A stretch of DNA of 47,444 nt from Nanobdellota archaeon (GTDB lineage Archaea > Nanobdellota > Nanobdellia > Parvarchaeales > Parvarchaeaceae). The notes beneath the pieces were generated by a model. It was not told the origin of the DNA. It did no database searches and saw only the letters and a list, made by a program, of their open reading frames with translations. This document shows, in pieces, positions 25,175-35,298 of the stretch (the first letter of the stretch is position 1; each line of letters opens with the position of its first letter). The position numbers and the translations under genes are program-made. The stretch spans positions 1 to 47,444 of the forward strand of contig JAJZJK010000002.1 in assembly GCA_021851145.1 (NCBI GenBank), written 5' to 3'.

Positions 25175-26644
25175 TTAAAAGTGATTACTTTTAACACTCT
25201 CTGCTTTATTCTCATTTCCTCTAGTAAGAGAAAGCAATGCAGCTATAACAAGCATCAATATGAGAAACAAAAATGAGAAATGCATCCCTTTTATAAATCC
25301 ATTTGTAATGCCGCCAATTAGTTTTGACGTTCCTACAAATATTTCAAATGCAAGATATCTCGGTATAGCTAATGTTGCAGTAACGATTACTATTATAAAA
25401 CTGCCCATTATGCCCATACTACCAAATAACCTTAAAACTCCAGAAGCTGTGCCAAATCTGCCTGCTTCACTGCTTTTCATAACAGCACTATTGTTAGCAG
25501 GCCAAAACATTGCGCCTCCAAACCCAGTTATAGCAGAACCAATAAGAACGATATACACGCTAGAAGTGGCAGTAAGCGCGAAGTATACCGTTATTCCCGC
25601 TATCATTATTAAAAGGCCAAGTGTTGCAAGCAATCTTGCCCCATATTTATCAGAGTATCTTCCCATAAATGGAGATAATACTCCACTTAGTACATACCCT
25701 GGAAGAAGAAGCAATGACGCGTTAAATGGGCTTAAGCCTCTAACTCCTTGTAGATACATTATAAGCATAAATGCTACTCCCATGAATCCGAGGCCTTGGA
25801 ACATTGAAGCTAAAACTGAATTTTTAAAGACCTTATTCTTAAACATTGAAAACTTTATTACTGGGTTTACAAATATTTTTTCTCTAAAATAGAATGGAAC
25901 AAGCAGTATGAATCCTAGGATCAGTATCAACACGTTTACAAAATTCAACCCAACAGAAGCTATTCTCACGCCTGCGTATAAAACCATAGACAGCGATACT
26001 CCTAAAAGGCCCATCCCTGCTATATCCAATTTTTCATGTTCTCTCTTGTTATCCTTTATATATTTCATTGCCAGCACGAAAAGAACCACTCCAATAGGCA
26101 CATTAATGAAGAAAATATATCTATAACCTATAAAAGTAGTTATGATTCCTCCGAGAACTATCCCAAGCATAGCTCCTACATTCCAACCCATACCTGTAAA
26201 ACCGTAAGCTTTCCCCAGTTTTTCTCTTTTAAATGTATCAGCTATTATTGCCCCGCTATTAGCCGTCATCATTGCTCCCCCTAAAGCTTGAAAACCTCTA
26301 AATATTATCAAAGTTATATCTGTTGGTGCAATACCGCACATAAATGAAAAAATCGTAAAAATGGCTATACCAGAATTAAATACTCTTGACCTTCCAAACA
26401 AGTCACCTATCCTTCCGAGCTGGGTTGCAGCAACTGCCGTTATAAGAAGATAAATAAGAATAACCCAAATTATAGTTGAAAGATTAGAATGAAGCGCCTG
26501 AGTTATTGCAGGGAAAGCAAGAAGAACTATTGTAGAGTCTATAGATGCCATCAAGACGCTTATTACAAGAACGGATAGTATCAGATTTTCATTCTTAAAA
26601 CTACCCTTTACATCTAGATTCTTTGTAGCTATCTTTGGTTCCAT
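25175..26644 (-). CDS. MFS transporter, 14-TM drug:H+ antiporter (DHA2/EmrB-like)
   Basis: Motif A-like LGRIGDLFGRSRVF and about 14 hydrophobic segments. I prefer the start at ATG 26644 (MEPKIATK...) because the TATA catataaa at 26670..26677 is then at about -29. The track start at 26680 lies just upstream of that TATA. Confidence 0.85.
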   Translation of the reverse strand: MEPKIATKNLDVKGSFKNENLILSVLVISVLMASIDSTIVLLAFPAITQALHSNLSTIIWVILIYLLITAVAATQLGRIGDLFGRSRVFNSGIAIFTIFSFMCGIAPTDITLIIFRGFQALGGAMMTANSGAIIADTFKREKLGKAYGFTGMGWNVGAMLGIVLGGIITTFIGYRYIFFINVPIGVVLFVLAMKYIKDNKREHEKLDIAGMGLLGVSLSMVLYAGVRIASVGLNFVNVLILILGFILLVPFYFREKIFVNPVIKFSMFKNKVFKNSVLASMFQGLGFMGVAFMLIMYLQGVRGLSPFNASLLLLPGYVLSGVLSPFMGRYSDKYGARLLATLGLLIMIAGITVYFALTATSSVYIVLIGSAITGFGGAMFWPANNSAVMKSSEAGRFGTASGVLRLFGSMGIMGSFIIVIVTATLAIPRYLAFEIFVGTSKLIGGITNGFIKGMHFSFLFLILMLVIAALLSLTRGNENKAESVKSNHF

Positions 26645-26669
26645 AAGTATATTTTTAAGATATCTCGAA

Positions 26670-26677
26670 CATATAAA
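26670..26677 (-). promoter_or_regulatory. TATA box for MFS transporter gene
   Basis: The reverse strand reads tttatatg, centred about 29 nt upstream of ATG 26644. Confidence 0.45.
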
Positions 26678-26697
26678 CAATCTTATTTATTTTTAGT

Positions 26698-27162
26698 TTA
26701 TTTAAGCAGGGCCTTTAAGTTTTCTATTGTCTGATTTACAACGTCCATTACTGCCTGGTTTATAACATTTTCTCCGAATAGTTTTGCCATTTTTCCTAGT
26801 TCTATCTCTGCTTTCCAATCTATCTTTGTAGAAGAATCCTGTGCATCTAAATCTATATACAAAGCCAATGAAAATTTTAATCCGATAGTTGACCCATCTC
26901 CCTGTATGAGAATATGTTTATTTTCCTGTTTTTCTTTTAATTCAGCAGAAAATTTTATGTTTAAGTTAGAAAGATAGCTTGCGCCCAAAAATTTAGCAGT
27001 ATACTTTTTTGCGTCGACTTTAAACTGCATTTGAAAATTATCTCCATCTACTGAAGTAGATGCTACATTTGGGAGACATTTTGAAAACATGTTAGCGTTA
27101 GATACTACTCCCCATACTTTGTCAACACTAAAATCTACTACAAAACTGCCTTTCATTTCCAT
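26698..27162 (-). CDS. SRPBCC / CoxG-family protein
   Basis: MEMKGSFVVDFSVDKVWGVVSNANMFSKCLPNV is a typical CoxG N-terminus. I prefer the start at 27162, immediately after the upstream stop at 27164. Confidence 0.65.
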   Translation of the reverse strand: MEMKGSFVVDFSVDKVWGVVSNANMFSKCLPNVASTSVDGDNFQMQFKVDAKKYTAKFLGASYLSNLNIKFSAELKEKQENKHILIQGDGSTIGLKFSLALYIDLDAQDSSTKIDWKAEIELGKMAKLFGENVINQAVMDVVNQTIENLKALLK

Positions 27163-27163
27163 A

Positions 27164-28471
27164 TTAATTAAATAACATCCTTGAATATAATACATCCAAT
27201 GCATTTGAATACATATCTGAGTATGTTTTACCTGCAGATTCGTTTATCATCTCAGATAAAAATCCTTTATCTACAGATAACGACTTTGACATCTCATCTA
27301 AGTTCTCGTTATTAATCTGCGGCCAGTATAGTTTTATCTTGTCAGTTTTAGATTCTTCTTTACTGTTAAGTTTAGTTGATATAAAGTCTCCGATTTCCTT
27401 TGCCATTATTCTAGAAGTACTTAATTTGCCCCCAACTATACTTACTATCCCATTAAGGTTATCTGTTGCAGAATGGTCAAATATCTTAAAATCTCTAGTT
27501 GCTTTTCTGCTGTCCTCATTTTCCCCTATTGCAATTAAAGGCCTAACCCCTGCGTAATACCTGTAAACAGGGTAATTTGCAAGAATTGGTACCATCTCGC
27601 TACCTGATTTCTGAAGAAAACTTATATCCTCTTTGTCTACATCGAATTTTTCAGGGTCATCAACTATGAATGCAGTAGTTCCTATTATAGAATCATTAAA
27701 AAATGGCACAACTATGTCACCATCTGAGGGTTCTCTTAACCTATTTATTATATGTTTAGTAAATCTTCTGTTTATTACCGCCATTGTACCAGCCGAGAGT
27801 ATCATTTCTATGCTTTTTATCCCGAGCCTGTCATTTATTAATTTGGATGCCCAAGCACCGCTTGCATTTATTACCAAATCCGCTTTTAATTCACTAACTT
27901 GCCCATTATTATTATTTTTTATTTTTACGCCTTTCACTTGATTTCCTTCTCTTATAAAATCTACTACTTCAGTATTAAGTAATATCTTTGCAGATTCTCT
28001 TTTTGACGTCAACAAAAGACTTGTTATAAATTTAAATGAATTGATTACCTTGTCTGGAACTTTATACGCCGCTTTTATAGAGCTATTTAAGAAAGGTTCT
28101 TCCTTAAGTGCGGATTCTGTACTTATGCTTTCTATAGGTATGTTTGATTGTTTGCAGCCTTCTTCAAATTTACTTTTAAACGATAAATCCTCATCATTCA
28201 ACGCTATAAACATACCTCCTGTGTTCTCTATACAAAAAGGTGCTATCTCTGAAATAACCTTGTTGTCCATTATACTTTCTTGTGCAGCCTTGACATCATT
28301 CATTGCATATCTTGCGCCACTATGTAGCATGCCATGAAACTTTCCGCTAGTTCCTCCTATTATATTGCCTTTTTCTATCACAGTGACATCGAAACCTCTG
28401 CTTGCCAAGTCATGTGTAATAAAAGAACCTGTCGCACCTGCGCCTATAACTATTACTTTGTTTGTTGCCAT
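27164..28471 (-). CDS. FAD-dependent oxidoreductase (glycerol-3-phosphate dehydrogenase GlpA/GlpD-like)
   Basis: KVIVIGAGATGSFITHDLASRGFDVTVIEKG (GxGxxG dinucleotide fold) and GKFHGMLHSGARY. Confidence 0.75.
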   Translation of the reverse strand: MATNKVIVIGAGATGSFITHDLASRGFDVTVIEKGNIIGGTSGKFHGMLHSGARYAMNDVKAAQESIMDNKVISEIAPFCIENTGGMFIALNDEDLSFKSKFEEGCKQSNIPIESISTESALKEEPFLNSSIKAAYKVPDKVINSFKFITSLLLTSKRESAKILLNTEVVDFIREGNQVKGVKIKNNNNGQVSELKADLVINASGAWASKLINDRLGIKSIEMILSAGTMAVINRRFTKHIINRLREPSDGDIVVPFFNDSIIGTTAFIVDDPEKFDVDKEDISFLQKSGSEMVPILANYPVYRYYAGVRPLIAIGENEDSRKATRDFKIFDHSATDNLNGIVSIVGGKLSTSRIMAKEIGDFISTKLNSKEESKTDKIKLYWPQINNENLDEMSKSLSVDKGFLSEMINESAGKTYSDMYSNALDVLYSRMLFN

Positions 28472-28553
28472 ATATCTATTAAGAAAATAATAGTTAAATA
28501 GATTATAGATTAACTCAAAAATGTATTAATAGCCGTTAAATTCTAGATAAAAC

Positions 28554-29348
28554 ATGCAAAGACTTTTAAAAGTTGGTATAATTGATATAAACACTAACCA
28601 TCCAAGTTACTCAAGCCTAGAAAAAACATTAAGCGTATTAAGAAATGCTAAAAAGTTTAATTTGGATATTATAGTTGGCCCTGAATGGGGTTTGATGAAC
28701 AATAACCTAATAGAAGAAAAACCCTACTCCTATAAAGAATTAGATAGTCTGCTTAACAGCCTAAGGGAAATAACAAGCCAAACAAAAACGCTTGTATTAC
28801 CAGGTTCTGCAGTGATTTATACCAAGAATATGAAAATGTATAATTTTCTACCAGTTCTTTATAATGGTAAAATTATATTTTCAACAATAAAATCTAATGA
28901 TGGCGGTACATCTTTCTTTAATACAGGGCAGTATGAACTTATTGGGAGGGATTACTCCATAAATAAAAAATTTCAATGGGACAATTTAGAAATAGGCATA
29001 GAAATATGCGCCGATTCAGGTAGTTTATACAGAGAAGAAAAAAGGAATTTAGACCTCCAGGTTTTAGTTTCTAGCGGACTTAGAATAACTAATTTAGCTG
29101 TTAAGAAAGAGGGCTACTTAGTGTGTTCTGATGGCTATCCGCATGGCAAGAAAACATATGTTTTAAAAACAAATAAGGATTATGATCCTGATTCTAATAC
29201 AGACCTGTCTGATTTTAGAGATTTATTCAAAAAGAAGGAACTAGATCATAAGCTGACTAAAGAATACAAAGACAAAATGCCTTTTGAATTTATATCAAAT
29301 ACTAGGCACAAAAACTTAAATGTTTACCAAATAGAAATGGATTTTTAG
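28554..29348 (+). CDS. divergent carbon-nitrogen hydrolase (nitrilase superfamily)-like protein, paralog of 16362..17228
   Basis: LDIIVGPEWGL, LVLPGSA, YNFLPVLYNGKI, IKSNDG, IEICADSG, NLDLQVLVSSG. It ends convergently, with a 4-nt overlap onto the phosphoesterase gene. Confidence 0.5.
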   Translation: MQRLLKVGIIDINTNHPSYSSLEKTLSVLRNAKKFNLDIIVGPEWGLMNNNLIEEKPYSYKELDSLLNSLREITSQTKTLVLPGSAVIYTKNMKMYNFLPVLYNGKIIFSTIKSNDGGTSFFNTGQYELIGRDYSINKKFQWDNLEIGIEICADSGSLYREEKRNLDLQVLVSSGLRITNLAVKKEGYLVCSDGYPHGKKTYVLKTNKDYDPDSNTDLSDFRDLFKKKELDHKLTKEYKDKMPFEFISNTRHKNLNVYQIEMDF

Positions 29349-30088
29349 ACAATTATATCTCTTAAGTCCTTTATTTTCCCAAAATTTAAGTTTTCTCCCT
29401 CAGAGATACAAATTGCATTTAAATTATCTACATCGCAAAAATCTTTTAAAAATGGGGAAAGCAATTCTTCTTTTTTCTCTTCATTTATGTTGCTACCCGG
29501 AGCGAATATACTACAAGCAGGCAAAACAAGCAGCTTATTACCGTCTTTTGTGCCACCATAAAGAAATGCTTTCATCTTCTCTCCATAGCCTACTTGTCTA
29601 TATATTATAATACTGGGGTGTTCATGTCCAATTATGTATGTGTCTGCCTTACATTTTGGAAGCTCATCGCCATGTGTTATGTAAAAACCTTTCTCTAGCA
29701 GATAATCCCCGATTATATCTATATTATAACTATTTTTTATTCTGTCAAGATAGTTATCATGGTTTCCCTTTATTAAAATTAATTTTACTGAAATTTTTTC
29801 GCAGAACTCTATAAGTTCCCCTATTTCCTTTCTTTCATAGTATTTTAAGTCAGAAAAATCGTTTTTTAAATCCCCGGTTATTATCAGCCGGTCTGCACCT
29901 GTAATTATAACAGCTTTCTCTATTATATCCTCTATAAACCTTAAATTTCTGCTGGGTATTAATGTGCCTGATGTAGACATTTGGCCCTCATAACCTAGGT
30001 GTGTATCAGAGATGACCAGTGAATTAAGAGGTTTTATATAAGCTATAGGCATACCTTCTATCAAATCTATGGATTCATTTATTTGCAT
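29345..30088 (-). CDS. calcineurin-like metallophosphoesterase, SbcD/Mre11-related (archaeal Lhr-associated type)
   Basis: VISDTHLGYE, ITGDLKND, KGNHDN, IGHEHP. The start overlaps the Lhr stop by 14 nt. Confidence 0.85.
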   Translation of the reverse strand: MQINESIDLIEGMPIAYIKPLNSLVISDTHLGYEGQMSTSGTLIPSRNLRFIEDIIEKAVIITGADRLIITGDLKNDFSDLKYYERKEIGELIEFCEKISVKLILIKGNHDNYLDRIKNSYNIDIIGDYLLEKGFYITHGDELPKCKADTYIIGHEHPSIIIYRQVGYGEKMKAFLYGGTKDGNKLLVLPACSIFAPGSNINEEKKEELLSPFLKDFCDVDNLNAICISEGENLNFGKIKDLRDIIV

Positions 30089-32711
30089 TTTGCTTCTCCG
30101 CTATTTTTTTCATTACCAACCTGTGTAGCTGCCTAACGTACTCTTTCTTGTTTTTTATTGATATCACATCAGTCTCTCCTATAGTTACGAGATTATGAGA
30201 AAATGGGGAAGGAACAGAAGTCTCTATTATGGAGTATTTTATTTTTTTGCTTTTTATTGCTTTTAGAATTGAGGAAGCATTTACAATATCCATGACATCC
30301 TCTTCTATTTCTCTGTATGCTTCCTTTAGTATTGGGAAATTTTCATCCATCTCGCTTATTATCCTTAAAAGTGCTTGTGCGTTTATTTGCTGCCTCTCAA
30401 CTCTTATCCTATGGCCTTTATAATTTCTAAGTATCATTAAGCCTCTCGCTGCAGCATGTCTAAATCTTCTTCTAAGCATTTCTGTTCTTTTTATGTTCTC
30501 TTTTATTATTTTCCTTATATCTGAATTGTATGCAGACGAAATAACACTTTTAATCACATTATCCCCTATTTTCTCATTTGAAATTAGCGCAAAACCGTTG
30601 TCATTTATTACTAACTCTACCTCTTCACCGAGTTTATCACTTAAAATGAACGCTAAAACCCTTGATAATGCATCATTTACTCTTCTGCCAAAAAGTGAAT
30701 GAAAGATAGTATACTCCTTATCATTATACCTTGTCTTTTCTATTAGGATTAAATTATCAGATGGGACTTTACCAGTAAAATAAACCTGCTCTCTTATGTA
30801 CTCATATATTGAATCAATTGAATTTTTGTCCGCAGGCATTGAAAGTAGGTAATCTTTTGCCTTTTTAGGCAATTCTTTTCGGTTTTTATAAATAAACTTT
30901 TCTTTAGGTAAATTATTCAAAATAGATGAAAATTCCCTCCTAAACTTTCCTATATCTACAGCTAATTCATAGCTTAAGGGGAGTTGCTCCGAAAACCAAG
31001 GAGGTATGTTAGGTTTTTCCCCATTTGCAGGCAAGACAAAACAATCAGCGGCACTTGATCTCTGAAACTTGTAAACCTTCCCGCCTAAAACGAAAACATC
31101 CCCTTTTTTTAGTTTTTCTAGAAACTCCTCTTCTATGTTTCCTATTTTTTTCTTTGTACCCCAAATATAAACATTTATTGCAACTTCGTCCGGTATAGTC
31201 CCTATATTGGTATAGTATATCAACCTAGTAAGCCTGCCTCTTTTTCCAAATTTATTTGAATCACTATCAAACCATATTTTCCCATAGACAGATCTTTCCC
31301 TTAATGGAACATACTCCCCTGCAAGATATTTTATTAGACCTAGAAAATCTTTCTTTTCTAAGTTTCTAAAGGGGTAAGCTTTTTTAATCAAGTTATAAGC
31401 ATCTTTTGCATCCCAAATTTTATTTAGACCCATTCCAACAATGTGCTGTGCAAGAACATCTAAAGGGTTTTCAGGCATTGTGAATGAATCAAGCTTTCTT
31501 TTAAGCCCGTCATAAAGCATTACTGTGCATTCAACTAAATCATCCCTATTATTTATAATCAAATCTCCGTTTGCAGTGTCTTTGAATCCATGCCCGCTCC
31601 TTCCAATTCTTTGTAAAGCCCTAGTTATGCTCTTAGGTGAGTTTATCTGAATAACATGATCTATACTCCCAATATCAATTCCCAATTCTAAACTTGTAGA
31701 CGAAACAACGCACTTCAGCTTGCCATTTTTCAAGTCTTCTTCTACAGAAAATCTTTCTTCTCTTGAAAGAGAACCATGGTGTGCAGACACTTCTTCATCT
31801 TTGTATCCAAACCTCTTTTTGAGATTAAAGACGAGCCTTTCAGTTCCACTTCTAGTATTGGTAAATATAAGCGTAGTTTTGTTCTTTTTTACTATGCCGT
31901 TTATTATATTATACATTGATTCATCTATTTCCGATTCATTTGCGTATATTAAATCCCTAACTGGGGAGACAACTTTTGCATTTATTTTTTTACTCCAGGA
32001 TGCATCAACAACAACGCAGCTCCTTTTTGTACCTACTAGAAAACTTGCTGCTTTATCTAATGGATATATTGTTGCACTTAAACCGATTCTTACAAAGTCA
32101 TGCTTTATAGAATCGCTTAAACGCTCAAGAGAAACTGCAAGATGTGAACCTCTTTTGCTATTTGCAAGTTCATGTAATTCGTCCACTATTACATATTCTA
32201 AATTAACAAATTTCTGTATAAATTTTGGAGAATTTAGCATTATTGCCAAAGACTCTGGGGTAGTCACAAATATATTAGGGGGGTGAACAAACTGTTTTCT
32301 ACGTTCATTTTGCGGAGTATCTCCAGTTCTTACTCCAATAGTTATCTTTCTCTTGTCGGCAAGTTCTGGTGTTTTGTACAAGTCTTCAATCGGCAGTATA
32401 AGATTCTTATAAATATCGTTATTTAATGCTCTTAATGGTGAAATATACAGGCATTTAATCTCATCATTTAATTGATTATGTATAGATGATTCAACTAGTT
32501 TATTTATTATTGGGATAAAAGCAGATAAAGTCTTGCCGCTTCCAGTTGGAGCTGTTATAAGAACATTTTTCTTATCACTTATTAGCTTAAACGAAAACTT
32601 TTGAGGTGGAGTTAACTCTTTAAATTTCGAAATAAACCACTTTCTTACTACAGGCCCTAAAGTTTCCAGGCTTTTCTTTTCAGGATATTGCTTTGTTAGA
32701 ATAGATATCAT
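30075..32711 (-). CDS. lhr: Lhr-type ATP-dependent superfamily-2 DNA helicase
   Basis: ITAPTGSGKT, VIVDELHEL, LSATI, HHGSLSREER, SSTSLELGIDIG and QRIGRSGH, plus a long C-terminal Lhr-core-like region (878 aa). Confidence 0.9.
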   Translation of the reverse strand: MISILTKQYPEKKSLETLGPVVRKWFISKFKELTPPQKFSFKLISDKKNVLITAPTGSGKTLSAFIPIINKLVESSIHNQLNDEIKCLYISPLRALNNDIYKNLILPIEDLYKTPELADKRKITIGVRTGDTPQNERRKQFVHPPNIFVTTPESLAIMLNSPKFIQKFVNLEYVIVDELHELANSKRGSHLAVSLERLSDSIKHDFVRIGLSATIYPLDKAASFLVGTKRSCVVVDASWSKKINAKVVSPVRDLIYANESEIDESMYNIINGIVKKNKTTLIFTNTRSGTERLVFNLKKRFGYKDEEVSAHHGSLSREERFSVEEDLKNGKLKCVVSSTSLELGIDIGSIDHVIQINSPKSITRALQRIGRSGHGFKDTANGDLIINNRDDLVECTVMLYDGLKRKLDSFTMPENPLDVLAQHIVGMGLNKIWDAKDAYNLIKKAYPFRNLEKKDFLGLIKYLAGEYVPLRERSVYGKIWFDSDSNKFGKRGRLTRLIYYTNIGTIPDEVAINVYIWGTKKKIGNIEEEFLEKLKKGDVFVLGGKVYKFQRSSAADCFVLPANGEKPNIPPWFSEQLPLSYELAVDIGKFRREFSSILNNLPKEKFIYKNRKELPKKAKDYLLSMPADKNSIDSIYEYIREQVYFTGKVPSDNLILIEKTRYNDKEYTIFHSLFGRRVNDALSRVLAFILSDKLGEEVELVINDNGFALISNEKIGDNVIKSVISSAYNSDIRKIIKENIKRTEMLRRRFRHAAARGLMILRNYKGHRIRVERQQINAQALLRIISEMDENFPILKEAYREIEEDVMDIVNASSILKAIKSKKIKYSIIETSVPSPFSHNLVTIGETDVISIKNKKEYVRQLHRLVMKKIAEKQNANK

Positions 32712-32735
32712 TCATTTAATAGATAACAAGAGTAT

Positions 32736-33509
32736 TTAATTTTTATTGCTGTTTATTTTTTTACATTTAAAGATTATAGTAGGGGCTATCTTATTTACAA
32801 GAGCTCTTCTGTACCCTGCTCCCCAGATTTTATCTTCTCTTTCAAAAGGCTCAATTACCCTTTCAAGTCTTAAATCTGAGTCGATTATTAAGTTGATAAT
32901 ATCGCTTATCTTGTGATTATAATAATTAAAGTAGTGTGTGCTGCCATCCGGCCATTTTTCTCTCTTAATAACCAATCCAGAGCCGAAATAACTTTCCGTT
33001 ATTTTTAAATCATTCGGGTCAATAAGTAAGTAAAACGGATGTTCTATGCTGAAAACAAAAATACCATTATTAACCAGCAAATCTTTAATATTCTTGATTA
33101 AGCTCTTCAGATCCGTGCAATACTGCAAAGACATTACTCCTATAACAATATTAAATTTTTCCTGCTTTAACTTATATAAACGAGAAAAAGGTATCTGAAG
33201 AAATTTTACATTTACATTTTCTTTTTTAGCATTTTTCTCTGCGATTCTTATCTGATTAGCGGAAATATCTATTCCAGTACATATCGCACCTTTTTTAGCG
33301 AGAGATATTGAAACTTGCCCTCCACCACACCCTAGTTCCAGTACTTTCTTACCTTTGACATTTCCAAGTAATTTTAGTTTTTTTTCTGATGAAGCAAAAG
33401 GGCCGTATTGAACATCTACCATCTTATCCGCAGATATCTCCTCCTGATAGTATTCAGAAGCTGAATCCCACCATTCTTTTATGGCTTTTTCATTAATTTT
33501 TGAATACAT
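32736..33509 (-). CDS. class I SAM-dependent methyltransferase
   Basis: VLELGCGGGQVS (motif I), GIDIS and FNIVIGVMSLQY. Confidence 0.8.
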   Translation of the reverse strand: MYSKINEKAIKEWWDSASEYYQEEISADKMVDVQYGPFASSEKKLKLLGNVKGKKVLELGCGGGQVSISLAKKGAICTGIDISANQIRIAEKNAKKENVNVKFLQIPFSRLYKLKQEKFNIVIGVMSLQYCTDLKSLIKNIKDLLVNNGIFVFSIEHPFYLLIDPNDLKITESYFGSGLVIKREKWPDGSTHYFNYYNHKISDIINLIIDSDLRLERVIEPFEREDKIWGAGYRRALVNKIAPTIIFKCKKINSNKN

Positions 33510-33552
33510 AGTCTATTTATATCAAAAGATCAATATAAAACTGTAAATAGAT

Positions 33553-34866
33553 ATGTTTGATTCAATGAACTTAAGAAAAGAGATACTAACTGCATTGCAT
33601 GAAATGAAGTTTGAAGAACCTACTGAAGTGCAAAAACAGGCTATTCCATTGGAATTGGAAGGCAAAGATGTAGTTGTAAAATCCAAAACAGGAAGTGGAA
33701 AGACAGCTGCTTTTGTAATACCTATACTAAATAGCCTTGAAAAAAATGAGAAGCAGGCCGCAATGATAATTACTCCTACTAGAGAGCTAGCCTTACAAGT
33801 AACAGAAGTCGTTAGAGACCTAGGGAGGCACATGCAATTAAGAGCTGTTACCATTTATGGAGGAGCTTCTATAAACTACCAAATAAGAGAGATAAAAAAT
33901 GGTGCAAATATAATAATAGGAACTCCTGGAAGGCTTATAGACCTAATGAAAAGGAGAGAGCTTAATACTGATTTTATAAGATTTCTGGTACTGGATGAAG
34001 TAGACATAATGCTAGACATGGGATTTATAGACGACATAAAGTACATATTATCAAAATTACCAAAGAAAAGGCAGACTATGTTTTTCTCTGCAACCATACC
34101 GGAAGAAATAAAGCATATAACATTGAATTATACAAATAATCCTGTAAATGTTAATATAGACGGTGGAGAAGTAACGGTAAGTACCATTCAGCATTTCTAT
34201 TCGATTGCAAGCGGAAGCGATAAGTTTGCTACTTTGCTTGCTTACTTAGAAGAGAAAAAACCGGATAAAGCTATAATATTCTGCAAGACGCAAAGGAACG
34301 CAGAAAGGATACATTCAATAATGCAAAGTATGGGGATGCAGGCAGTTTTGATGCACGGAGGATTAAGCCAAAACAGAAGAGAACACTCTCTTAATATGTT
34401 TAAAGAGGGAGTTAATATGCTTATAGCTACAAATGTAGCAGCACGCGGGCTTGATATAGATAATGTTTCAGACATAATTAATTTTGATGCAGAAACCGAC
34501 CCTAAAGCATATGTCCACAGAGTGGGTAGAAGTGCAAGGATGGGAAAGAGTGGAAGAGCATTTACTATTTTTACACATGGGGAGAAATACCTAGTTTATG
34601 AAATTGAAAACTACGCAAAAGTAAAACTTTCGCCTTTGGAATTTGATCTTGCTGTTTATAGGACAAAAATGAATGAATTTTATAAAGAAAACGGAAAGCA
34701 TGAATTTGAAACTGCATTGAGAAGAAGCAACTTTAACTCAAATAGAAATTTTAGGGGCAATAACCCACACAGAAGAGAATTTGGAAGAAGCAACAGTAAC
34801 GGAAGTCATTATTCTAGGTTTAAACGGGACAAATTCAAACATAACTACTCTAAAGAAGACCAGTAA
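33553..34866 (+). CDS. DEAD-box ATP-dependent RNA helicase (DEVD variant) with basic R/N/S-rich tail
   Basis: Q motif FEEPTEVQ, KSKTGSGKTAAF, PTRELA, TPGRL, VLDEVD, SAT, ARGLDI and HRVGRSARMG. Confidence 0.9.
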   Translation: MFDSMNLRKEILTALHEMKFEEPTEVQKQAIPLELEGKDVVVKSKTGSGKTAAFVIPILNSLEKNEKQAAMIITPTRELALQVTEVVRDLGRHMQLRAVTIYGGASINYQIREIKNGANIIIGTPGRLIDLMKRRELNTDFIRFLVLDEVDIMLDMGFIDDIKYILSKLPKKRQTMFFSATIPEEIKHITLNYTNNPVNVNIDGGEVTVSTIQHFYSIASGSDKFATLLAYLEEKKPDKAIIFCKTQRNAERIHSIMQSMGMQAVLMHGGLSQNRREHSLNMFKEGVNMLIATNVAARGLDIDNVSDIINFDAETDPKAYVHRVGRSARMGKSGRAFTIFTHGEKYLVYEIENYAKVKLSPLEFDLAVYRTKMNEFYKENGKHEFETALRRSNFNSNRNFRGNNPHRREFGRSNSNGSHYSRFKRDKFKHNYSKEDQ

Positions 34867-34911
34867 CTAGCCATAATAAAATAAAGTTGATAATTTAAAA
34901 TATTTAAATGT

Positions 34912-35298
34912 CTATTTTTTGTTTTTTAGAAATTTTATATAATTTATGAAAGCCTTAGGGTGATCCATACTTGTAAAAACTACGAAAAACGCTGCTAGAG
35001 CAATAAGCGTAGCTGAACTTAATATCTCCCATATACTCAATGGATTTATAAAGAAACTGGCTATAAATGAAGCTATAAACGCTATTGCAAGCAATACAGC
35101 GGCTATTACCAGAAATGAAAAAGCCAGTATATAACGCTTCGGATTATTAAACATATAACTCCCGAAAAACTTATTTGTATCTTTTATTGAGCCATGCTTA
35201 TAGGCAGATAACATAAAGTAAACAAATCCAACAGTAGAGATAAATATTATAACCCCTGTAATAATCCCCACTATACCTAGTATATCATTCCCTATCAT
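34912..35298 (-). CDS. small 3-TM membrane protein (module copy 1, distal gene)
   Basis: ATGA overlap with the upstream gene. NPLSIWEILSSATLIALAAFFVVF matches DPATLIWEYGNIILFTTLALFFLF of 44737..45042. Confidence 0.65.
   Translation of the reverse strand: MIGNDILGIVGIITGVIIFISTVGFVYFMLSAYKHGSIKDTNKFFGSYMFNNPKRYILAFSFLVIAAVLLAIAFIASFIASFFINPLSIWEILSSATLIALAAFFVVFTSMDHPKAFINYIKFLKNKK

Noticed and set aside
25260-25892. 210-aa ORF on the + strand
   Set aside because: It is entirely antisense to the well-supported MFS transporter gene, and its low-complexity hydrophobic translation has no motif. It is a typical shadow ORF. The same reasoning applies to 25908..26126 and 26036..26284.
12012-26680. 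Track start codons 12012 (membrane protein), 26680 (MFS), 27204 (CoxG-like), 40717 (ABC ATPase) and 24412 (small TM ORF)
   Set aside because: Each would place the start inside or too close to the TATA box, or create long overlaps with the upstream gene. Internal ATGs at 11997, 26644, 27162, 40687 and 24463 fit the promoter spacing or operon junctions better. These are preferences, not proof.
16362-29348. Inverted nitrilase-like paralogs as possible boundaries of an ~11-kb mobile or invertible segment
   Set aside because: I saw no DNA-level inverted repeat, integrase, transposase or tRNA target, and the enclosed genes are ordinary metabolic and repair genes. The paralogs are too diverged for recent recombination.
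31720-32286. 188-aa ORF on the + strand
   Set aside because: It is antisense to the Lhr helicase gene, whose motifs are unambiguous. 30229..30423 and 30493..30702 are likewise rejected.
33522-33854. 110-aa ORF on the - strand
   Set aside because: It is antisense to the 5' part of the DEAD-box helicase gene (Q motif and Walker A are encoded on the + strand). 33876..34097 and 34242..34475 are rejected for the same reason.
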